In this document: piece by piece, positions 48,127 through 64,000 of the stretch
Layout of the letters: every line of letters begins with the position of its first letter
How positions within the stretch are numbered: the stretch's first letter is position 1
Assembly: GCF_009914755.1 (NCBI RefSeq)
Contig: NC_060940.1
DNA from: the human T2T-CHM13v2.0 reference genome, Homo sapiens
Strand: one strand, 5' to 3'
Length of the DNA: 64,000 nucleotides
The notes under the pieces: model-generated
The model's input: the letters and a program-made list of their open reading frames with translations, nothing else
Told to the model about the DNA's origin: nothing
Databases searched by the model: none
Program-made: the position numbers and the translations under genes

Positions 48127-48825
48127 TCATATCTGTAATCCCAGCACTTTGGGAGGCTGAGGCAGGCGGATCACGAGGTCAGGAGATCAAGACCATCCTG
48201 GCTAACACCGTGAAACCCCATCTCTTAAAAAAAAAGAAAATACAAAAAATTAGCCGGGCGTGGTGGCGGGCGCCTGTAGTCTCAGCTGCTCGGGAGGCTG
48301 AGGCAGTAGAATGGCGTGAACCCGGAAGGCAGAGCTTGCAGTGAGCTGAGATCGCGCCCCTACACTCCAGTCCAGGTGACAGAGCAAGACTCTGTCTCAA
48401 AAAACAAACAAACAAAAAATTTACGACTAGAGCACTTACTTTGCTCTGTACTACATCCAAAGGCCAAAAATAGAAATATGCTACTCTGGGCACATTTCCT
48501 GTGGGGTAGCCCTGCTCCTCAAGGAGCAGTAGAAAACGAAATAGGCCCTGTCAGGAAGGTATTTGCATTCTAATAGAGGAGATAAGACCTGCTAGGATAT
48601 CCCTAATATACAGTATTTGATCAAAGTCTTAGTAATTATTCTTTGAAATGTCTCTTTCCTTTCTATTTCCACTTCAGCCCAGTGGGTATTTTAATTACAC
48701 AGTGTGCCACAATGCTTCAGGCTGTTCCCAACTACAGTATCAGACACCAGCAAAAGGTGACTTGAATGTGAGGCTGCACATCAGCATACTGTGGTCTTAC
48801 GGCTCTAACGTATCCTGCAGTATGA

Positions 48826-49095
<270 letters not shown>

Positions 49096-49627
49096 TGATC
49101 TGCCTGCCTGAGCCTCCCAAAGTGTTGGGATTACAGGCGCGAGCCACCGCACCTGGCTTTACAGATGCTTTTCATCACAGTCCTCCCTTCCCAGTGTTCT
49201 CCAAAGTATGACTGCATTTTTCAAAATCTCTTTAAATTTCCTCTTGTTTGAAATATGATTTGGAATGCAGCGATTCCCCCCCACACACAAAAGAAATATG
49301 AGAGAATGACAACTCTAATGATATTCTACAAAGAGAGAAAGTTTATAATCAGGGCATTAAGCAAACTCACAAATTACAATTCTCTCACAGAATTTTAAGT
49401 AGAAGGTACAGATTTGGAGCATTTTTTTCCACCGATGTATTTACGGGAAATTTTGTTTATTCTCATCAGACATTTAGTAAACGGAACAACCCAATGAATT
49501 GGTCCTAATGAATATACCTTGAGAATGGCTATTTTATCCCCAGCTTCATTAGGGAGGCTCTGTTGATTCCAAATCTTTTTAAGTGCTTTTCCTGACACTT
49601 TCCCCCTCCCCCATATTCTCCATTTAG

Positions 49628-49676
49628 TTGAGCAACTTGCATCTTAAGGAAGAGAAAATCAAACCAGATACCAATG
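49628..49676 (+). CDS. DDX19B: DDX19B exon 2 (LSNLHLKEEKIKPDTN)
   Basis: TTTAG acceptor, G|GTAAGT donor, 49 nt (phase 0 to 1). Confidence 0.95.
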
Positions 49677-49807
49677 GTAAGTAACTAATAGCTAGTTTGA
49701 AAACAAATGTGATTTCCTTCAGTATTTTTGTTTTGGCATAACAACTGTCTGGAAAAAAATTTGTATTTGTACCAGGCAGGGCATTGGCAGATACTGGTAC
49801 CATTTGA

Positions 49808-50242
<435 letters not shown>

Positions 50243-51021
50243 TAGCCAGGATGGTCTCAATCTCCTGACCTCATGATCCACCGGCCTTGGCCTCCCAAAG
50301 TGCTGGGATTATAGGTGTGAGCCACTGTGCCCAGGTATTTTTGTTTTTTTATAGAGATGAGGACTCCCTGTGTTGCCCAGGTTGGTTTCTAACTCCTAGG
50401 CTCAAGCAGTCCTCCCGCCTCAGCCTCCCAAAGTGCTGGGATTACAGGAGTGAGATATTACACCTGGTTTCAAAGTGTTTTTAATACAAGAATGAGGATT
50501 GCACACTGATAGCAAGGGTGTGGGGGGAACAAAGAATGAGGCTACTTAAGTGGGACTAATTACTAACCATCGGACTACATTGACAAAGACTAATTTTTTT
50601 CTTAATGTTCTCAATTTGGGATGAGATAGACAAAGTATGAGCAATCTGACAGTTTACCTATCCTAATTATTCTGAAATCATATTTATCCAAAGTTAAGAT
50701 TTCCATTAAATTATTGTTGATGTACTTAATATTACAGGAAGGAAATGTAACATTTGCCTTTCTCAAAATTCACTTAAATCTTTTTTGTATGATTTTATAT
50801 AACCACAGTATCATTCGACTATAAATTTATATTAATCAATTTATAGGCCGGGTGTGGTGGCTCACACCTGTAATCCCAGCACTTTGGGAAGCCAAGGCTG
50901 GCGGATAACCTGAGGTCAGGAGTTTGAAACCAGCCTGACTAACATGGTGAAACCCCATCTCTACTAAAAATACAAACATTTGCCAGGTGTGGTGGTGCAC
51001 CCCTGTAATCCCAGCTACTCA

Positions 51022-51123
<102 letters not shown>

Positions 51124-51462
51124 TCAAAAAAAGAAAAAAAAAATTTATATGCATGAATTTTTTTTGTTGGTCTTACTGCTCATTTGTTATATACATGAAT
51201 TTTAATGGCATTATTGTGTTCACCTATTGATAAAATACGATTTGCAAAGATATTCCTCTGTTGAGCATCAAGGTGGTTTCTGATCACTAATTGCTCTAAT
51301 CTTTCTATAATATTTAAGAAGTATTGATTCAATGAGGGAAATAACAGGTTTTGAGGTACGGAGAGGAGACCTAGAATAGGAAAGAATATGAGCAACAGAG
51401 GCCGGGCGCGGTAGCTCACGCCTGTAATCCCAGCACTTTGGGAGGCCAAGGCAGGCGGATCA

Positions 51463-51745
<283 letters not shown>

Positions 51746-51920
51746 TTACACCTTTGTTTATTTAGGGACAATAAAATGTTTTTATCAGCGGCTCGGTTTC
51801 CTCATTTATTTTTTGCTCCCCAGGCCTTTACAAAAACTTCTAGTGTCATAGAATTTGAATTGTCTCAACTGTTGGGTATGGGATGCGATTTTGAATGATG
51901 GCCACTTTGTGTCTATAAAG

Positions 51921-51974
51921 GTGCTGTTGTCAAGACCAATGCCAATGCAGAGAAGACAGATGAAGAAGAGAAAG
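51921..51974 (+). CDS. DDX19B: DDX19B exon 3 (GAVVKTNANAEKTDEEEK)
   Basis: AAG acceptor, G|GTAAC donor, 54 nt (phase 1 to 1). Confidence 0.95.
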
Positions 51975-52987
51975 GTAACACAGCCGTGGAGCTTTATATA
52001 ATAACAAGCTTCTACATTCTAAGAAAGTGGATTGTTATGAGGCTTCATTTTTATACCCAGTTTGGCTTGACTTTAATAGGCGATACAGTGCTAGCATAAA
52101 GGTTCAATATAGGGGCCGGGCACGGTGGCTTACACCTGTAATCCCAGCACTTTGGGAGGCCGAGGTGGGCAGATCACGAGGTCAGGAGATCGAGACCATC
52201 CTGGCTAACACGGTGAAAACCCGTCTCCACTAAAAATACAAAAAAAAAAAAAAAAATTAGCCGGGCATGGTGGCAGACGCCTGTAGTCCCAGCTACTTGG
52301 GATGCTGAGGCAGAAGAATGGCATGAACCCGGGAAGCAGAGCTTGCCATGAGCCGAGATCGAGCCACTGCACTCTAGCCTGGGCGAAAGAGCGAGACTCT
52401 GTCTCAAAAAAAAAAAAAAAAAAAAGTTCAATATAAATAGTCAGTAGGTGAAGGAGTTCTAATGGTTTACGTTTAGAGAAATTTTACATTTAACAACTGA
52501 ACAGTTGAATAGGGCATTATAAAAAATTTTCAGTTGCATCTCTATTGTCCAGTAAAATTAAGCTTAATGTTATTTTGACACATTTGACATGGATGACGAG
52601 ACCAACTTGTCCAATATTAAGGTACAGACTTTGTTAATTCCTGTTTTTTTTTTTATTGTTGTGATTGCTACATTAATTACTTTAGGTTTATATATAGTAC
52701 AAATTGGGGAGTAAATATGTGGGTCTGGATAGGAGGAATAGATAACTGCAGGAAAAGAGGGCTGTTAGAATAGAGTCTGGAAAAGAATATGAGGCCTAAA
52801 TGGGTGATGTATCATAACTTTTTTCTTTAATAAAACTATTTTAATTTATAAGTCAAAACTATGACGTACCTTGAATTTGAATGTTCAGTACATTATTATT
52901 TAAAATACAAATGGCAGTTGAATTAGAGTAAACGCCTGGTAGGTTTCAAGGACTTTTTAAAATTCTTTGCTTTCTTTTTCCTGACAG

Positions 52988-53123
52988 AGGACAGAGCTGC
53001 CCAGTCCTTACTCAACAAGCTGATCAGAAGCAACCTTGTTGATAACACAAACCAAGTGGAAGTCCTGCAGCGGGATCCAAACTCCCCTCTGTACTCGGTG
53101 AAGTCTTTTGAAGAGCTTCGGCT
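52988..53123 (+). CDS. DDX19B: DDX19B exon 4 (EDRAAQSLLNKLIRSNLVDNTNQVEVLQRDPNSPLYSVKSFEELR)
   Basis: Dbp5-family DPNSPLYSVKSFEEL motif; AG/GT boundaries; 136 nt. Confidence 0.97.
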
Positions 53124-53190
53124 GTGAGTATTTATTCACCTTCTGACTCTTCCCCTTTGCACTGAAATAGAGATCCTAGGTCTGTTATAG

Positions 53191-53463
<273 letters not shown>

Positions 53464-53794
53464 TGATCCACTTGCCTCGGCCTCCCAAAGCGCTGAGATT
53501 ACAGGCATGAGCCACCGCACCCAGCTGCTAACCAAGTTTTATAAAAGAATTTAGCTGGGTGCCGTAGTGCACACCTGTAATCCCAGCACTTTTGGAGGCC
53601 AAGGTGAGAGGATCACTTGAGGCCAGGAGTTGCAGACCAGCCTGGGCAACATAGCGAGACCAGACTCCATCTAAAAAATATACATAAATACTGTAGATGC
53701 TTTGGGATATTTAGTAAAATTTCCAGATGATGGATAAAAGCTTTAGCTGTACTAACATGTATTCAGTTCACCACAGCTCAATTATTGTTGATTA

Positions 53795-53959
<165 letters not shown>

Positions 53960-54227
53960 TCACGCCTGTAATCCCAGGACTTTGGGAGGCTGAGGCAGGT
54001 AGATCACGAGGTCCAGAGATTGAGATCATCCTGGCTAACATGGTGAAACCCCATCTCTACTAAAAATACAAAAAAAATTAGCAGGGCATGTTGGCGGGTG
54101 CCTGTAGTACCAGGTACTCAGGAGGTTGAGGTAGGAGAATGGCGTGAACCTGGGAGACGGAGGTTGCAGTGAGCCGAGATCGCGCCACTGCACTCCAGCC
54201 TGGGTGACAGAGCGAGACTCTGTCTCA

Positions 54228-54470
<243 letters not shown>

Positions 54471-54514
54471 TCAACCAAAGAGACTGTGACTTTCATCTTT
54501 AACTGTTTTTCTAG

Positions 54515-54607
54515 GAAACCACAGCTTCTCCAAGGAGTCTATGCCATGGGTTTCAATCGTCCATCCAAGATACAAGAGAACGCATTGCCACTGATGCTTG
54601 CTGAGCC
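54515..54607 (+). CDS. DDX19B: DDX19B exon 5 (KPQLLQGVYAMGFNRPSKIQENALPLMLAE)
   Basis: Q-motif GFNRPSKIQ; AG/GT boundaries; 93 nt (phase 2 to 2). Confidence 0.97.
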
Positions 54608-55105
54608 GTATGTGTCCTATTACAACTCCATTTCATTTTAGATTTTCTATTTTTGAAAACTATTATTATTTTCACAGGCCAGCAAGGTGGCTTATGCCTA
54701 TAATCCCAGCAACCTGAGAGGCAAGGCAGGAGGATCGTTTCAGGCCAGGAGTTCAAGACCAGCCTGGGCGATGTAGCAAGACCCTGTCTCAACAAAAAAA
54801 AAAACGTTATAAACTTGGCCAGGCATGGTGGCATGCAGCTGTAGTCCCAGCTACTCAGGAGGCTGAGGCAGGAGGATCACTTGAGCCCAGGAGTTTGAGG
54901 TTGCAGTGAACCATGATCATACCATTGTACTCCATTCTGGGCAACAAAGAAAGACCCTGTCTCGAAAGAGAAAAAGAGGAGGCTGAGGCACAAGATTTGC
55001 TTGAACCCGGGAGGCAGAGGTTGCAGTGAGCCGAGATCATGTCACTGCACTCCAGCCTGGGTGACAGAGCGAGACTTTGTCTCAAAAAAAAAAAAAAAAA
55101 AGTCA

Positions 55106-55478
<373 letters not shown>

Positions 55479-55512
55479 CTAGACTTTTCTCTATGTAAAC
55501 ATATAACTTTTA

Positions 55513-55813
<301 letters not shown>

Positions 55814-55935
55814 TCAAAAAAAAAAAAAAAAGTTGACATATGGCCGGGAGCAGTGGCTCATGCCTGTAATCCCAGCACTTTGGGAGGCCTAGCCAGGTGG
55901 ATCACAAGCTCCGGAGATCGAGACCATCCTGGCTA

Positions 55936-56181
<246 letters not shown>

Positions 56182-56324
56182 TTATATGATCATCTTCCTA
56201 TGTTGGTAAATATAAGTTTATATCGTATATGCACCATGATTTCATTGTATTGATATATAAAAGCTATTGTGTCAAATATAATAGAAGCCAAACAGCTCTA
56301 GGAGACCTGAATAATACAGTTACT

Positions 56325-56505
56325 AAGGTGGTTTCCTGGTGCAGGGCATCTCCCACTTTCATAGGCATACAAATCTCATAGACATTTATTAAAATGCAGG
56401 GTCTGAATTTAGTAGGTCTAAGTGGGGACTGAGTGTCAACATTTCTAATAAGCTTGCAGGTGATGCTGATGCTGCTGGTTTCAGATCACATTCTGAGTAC
56501 AAGAT
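56325..56505 (+). mobile_element. MER5A-like DNA transposon fragment
   Basis: AAAATGCAG...AGTAGGTCT...CATTTCTAATAAG...CAGGTGATGCTGATGCTGCTGG...CACATTCTGAGTA. Confidence 0.65.
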
Positions 56506-56527
56506 TCTAGAGCATGATGGAATTTTA

Positions 56528-56800
<273 letters not shown>

Positions 56801-57609
56801 CTACTAGGGAGGCTGAAGTAGGAGGATAACCTGAGCCCAGAAGATTGAGGCTACAGTGAGCAAAGATTGTGCCACTGCCCTCCAGCCTGAGCAAGAGTGA
56901 GACCCTGTCTCAAAAAATCATAAATAAAAATAAAAATAGATATTTTAGGTCTGTACTTTCTCAAAGTTTTTTGTTCTGTGTCATAACAGTGACATTTTCT
57001 CCAGATGGATAGTGTCTTTTTTTAAGCTTGGCACTTTGAGCATGCTTAGGGTAAATAAATGGAGTATTTATTACATGGTTTCATACTGATTGATCATTTA
57101 TATTTGTGGATCTAATATTTTTGTAGATGCTAACTTTTTTTTTTTCTGGGAGATAAGGTCTCACTCTGTCACCTAGGCAGGAGTACAGCAGTGTAGTCAT
57201 AGCTCACTGCACCCTGAGCACCTGGACATAAGCAATCCTCCTGCCTCAGCCTCCCAGGTAGCTAGGACTACAGGCACGTGCTGCCATGCCTGGCTAAGTT
57301 TCTTTATTTAATAGAGATGGGGTCTTGCTATGTTGCCCAGACTGGTCTTAATCTCGTGGCCTCAAGCAATCCTCCCACCTTGGCCTCCCCCAGTTTTTTT
57401 TTTTTTTTTTTGAGACAGGGTCTCACTCTGTTATCCAGGCTAGGTGCACTGGCACCATCTTGGCTCACTGCAACCTCTGCCTCCTGGGCGTAAGCAATCC
57501 TCCCACCTCGGCCTCCCACCCAAGTAGCGGGGGCCACAGGTGCAAGCCACCATGCCTGGCTAATTTTTATACAATTTTTTTTTTTTTGAGACAGAGTCTC
57601 GCTCTGTAG

Positions 57610-57759
<150 letters not shown>

Positions 57760-58003
57760 TAGTAGAGATGGGGTTTCACCATGTTGGCCAGGCTGGTCTT
57801 GAACTCCTGACCTCGTGATCCAGCCGCCTTGGCCTCCCAAAGTGCTGAGATTACAGGCGTGAGCCATCGTGCCCGGCCTAATTTTTATATTTTTATCAGA
57901 GACAGAGTTGTGCTATGTTGCCCAGGCTGGTCTCAAACCCCCCAAAGTGTTGGGATTACAGGTATGAGGCACCACACTAGGCTTTTTTTTTTTTTTTTTT
58001 TGA

Positions 58004-58162
<159 letters not shown>

Positions 58163-58519
58163 TAGTAGAGATGGGGTTTCTCCATGTTAATCAGGCTGGT
58201 CTCGAACTCCCAACCTCAGGTGATCCGCCTGCCTCAGCCTCCCAAAGTGCTGGGATCACAGGCGTGAGCCACTGCGCCCGGCCTTCAGGCTTTTTTTTGT
58301 TTTGTTTTGGGGTTTTCTTTTGGTGGAGATGGGGTCTTACTTTGTTGCCCAGACTTGTCTTGAACTCCTACGCTCAAGCACGCTTCCCACCTTGCCTTCC
58401 CAAAGTGCTAGGGTTACAGGCATGAGCCATTGGGCCTAGCCAAGAAGCTCATTTTTAGATTGACAGTATTAGAAGAGACCAGCATTATTACTAGAATTAT
58501 CTACTACCTTTCATCATTA

Positions 58520-61428
<2,909 letters not shown>

Positions 61429-61605
61429 TCAAATCCCACCAGAAAATCTTATTTCTATAGTGCCCTGTTCTTGTGAAGCTAGCATATGTAACTCTGCTAC
61501 ATAATCCAAGGTCTCCTATAAATGAATTTTTAATACTCATTTTTTTAAACTTTGTTAACTAAAAGGTTGAGATTTAAGCTCCTAACTAGTTTGTTTCTTG
61601 CGCAG

Positions 61606-62102
<497 letters not shown>

Positions 62103-62594
62103 TTACTTTTTACACAAACTGAAACTCCTTAAATTGAGCACAAATAATACGGGATATCTTCCAATGGCAATAAAAATCCTGTTTCCTTTTTCCATGGTGT
62201 GCCAGTTCTGGGATGCTTCTTACAGGCTTGGCTCCTTTACTTGCAGGAAAACCTGTTTCATCAGCAACTGCCATCCATTAGAAAGTTCTGAGAGCTTTCT
62301 GAGTAAACGAAAAGAAAGCTAATGCCAATTGGAACTTTAGATCCTTGCTCATGGGTGGGTTTTTGTATTGCAGTGGCCAGTATCTGTTTTCAAGTGTCTT
62401 TACCCAGCCAGAGTTCTGACCCCTAAGAATTCTAGCTTATGACTCTGTAGCTTAAAGAATCAAATGGTGTACATTTTAATGTACATATTCTTTCCTTCAG
62501 CTTCAGCTGGAGGAGTGGCTAAGTACTAATGGTAATTCCCCTTTGCAAAAGAGCTATTGTCTTGAATTTGCACTCTGCATTCTTTTCCTGCCAG

Positions 62595-62709
62595 TGTCTA
62601 TGTCTCTCCCCAACGTATGAGCTCGCCCTCCAAACAGGAAAAGTGATTGAACAAATGGGCAAATTTTACCCTGAACTGAAGCTAGCTTATGCTGTTCGAG
62701 GCAATAAAT
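62595..62709 (+). CDS. DDX19B: DDX19B exon 7 (CLCLSPTYELALQTGKVIEQMGKFYPELKLAYAVRGNK)
   Basis: Motif Ia variant PTYELA; CCAG acceptor, T|GTGAGT donor; 115 nt; gene continues past the window end. Confidence 0.97.
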
Positions 62710-63576
62710 GTGAGTATGTGAATTTGGTCCTAAATCATCAACCTAATTCTTTTTATTTTGAAATATTTCAAAACCCACCCAATAGTTGAAATAATACAAT
62801 AAACACATGTATGTTCTCCAGCTAGATTCAAAAACTTAACATTTTGCCATATTTGCTTTACATAAATGTATACATTTTTGTCAAACCATTTGAAAGTAAA
62901 CTGCAGACATGCACCTCATGAGGACATTCTTTGCCATACCTATGGATACCCTTTTATCACAACCAGGAAAATTAACAGATTTCCTAGAATAACTAATACC
63001 AGTCCATTTTTATTCCTCCCCAGCTGTTCCCAAAGTCTTCCTTTATAGCTGTTTGGTTTTTCGACCAAGATCAAGTTAGCGTTTATACGTTGCGTTTGGT
63101 TGTTGTACTTGTTTCTTTCAATCTAGAATTGTACCCCTACCTTTTTCTCTCCCTATTATATTTAACATTTTGCACAGACCAGACTAGTTGCTTTTCAAAT
63201 ATTCTACATTCTGGCCGGGCGCGGTGGCTCACGCCTGTAATCCCAGCCCTTTGGGAGGCCGAGGCGGGCAGCAGATCACGAGATCAGGAGATTGAGACCA
63301 TCCTAGCTATCATGGTGAAACCCCGTATCTAATAAAAATACAAAAAAATTAGCCAGGCGTGGTGGCGGGCACCTGTAGTCCCAGCTACTTGCGAGGCTGA
63401 GGCAGGAGAATGGTGTGAACCTGGGAGGCAGAGCTAGCAGTGAGCTGAAATAGCGCCACTGCACTCGAGCCTGGGCGACAGAGCGAGACTCCGTCTCAAA
63501 ACAAGCAAACAAACAAAAAACAAACAAACAAAAATTCTACATTCTAGATTTGTTTATTTTTATTTATTTATTTTAG

Positions 63577-63735
<159 letters not shown>

Positions 63736-64000
63736 TAGTACAGATGGGGTTTCACCACGTTGGCCAGGCTGGTCTCAAACTCTTGACCTCAGGTTATCCA
63801 TCTGCCTCGGCCTCCCAAAGTGCTGAGATTATAGGTGTGAGCCACTGTGCCCAGACTTCTTTCTTTTTTTTTTGAGAGAGAGTCTCGCCCTGTCGCCCAG
63901 GCTGGAGAGCAGTGGCACAGTCTTGGCTCACTGCAAGCTCTGCCTCTGGGGTTCACACCATTCTCCTGCCTCAGCCTCCTGAGTAGCTGGGACTACAGGC

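Noticed and set aside
54608-54620. GTATGTGTCC donor as a possible U12 intron
   Set aside because: Does not match GTATCCTT; GTATGT is an ordinary U2 donor

Overview
Human genomic DNA, very Alu-rich (by eye >100 Alu copies or fragments, about half of the window; a human-specific AluYb8 fixes the species). It holds two head-to-head genes, from recognition of the proteins consistent with chr16q22. On the minus strand is the 5' half of AARS1 (cytoplasmic alanyl-tRNA synthetase): non-coding exon 1 at ~26410-26498 and coding exons 2-11 from 19754 down to 1957, codons 1-497, all GT-AG with consistent phases. On the plus strand is the 5' part of DDX19B (DEAD-box mRNA-export helicase, Dbp5 orthologue): exons 1-7 at 36310-62709, codons 1-202, plus an upstream alternative coding first exon (31859-31930) with its own CCAAT promoter. 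Nearly all other ORFs in the track are Alu or L1 read-throughs. No CRISPR, rRNA, tRNA or prokaryotic system is present. The most interesting observations are: (1) a possible reading-frame switch at the DDX19B 5' end, where a dual-ATG alternative exon, a 25-nt microexon and a 79-nt candidate exon all end in the same phase as exon 2; (2) a 51-nt RPL6 retrocopy with target-site duplication and polyA signal in AARS1 intron 6; (3) two Alus inserted in opposite orientation into the arms of one palindrome, with a rearranged spacer; (4) a (C9GC8G)n G4/i-motif repeat and ATF4-type elements in the AARS1 promoter. These are hypotheses read from sequence alone.
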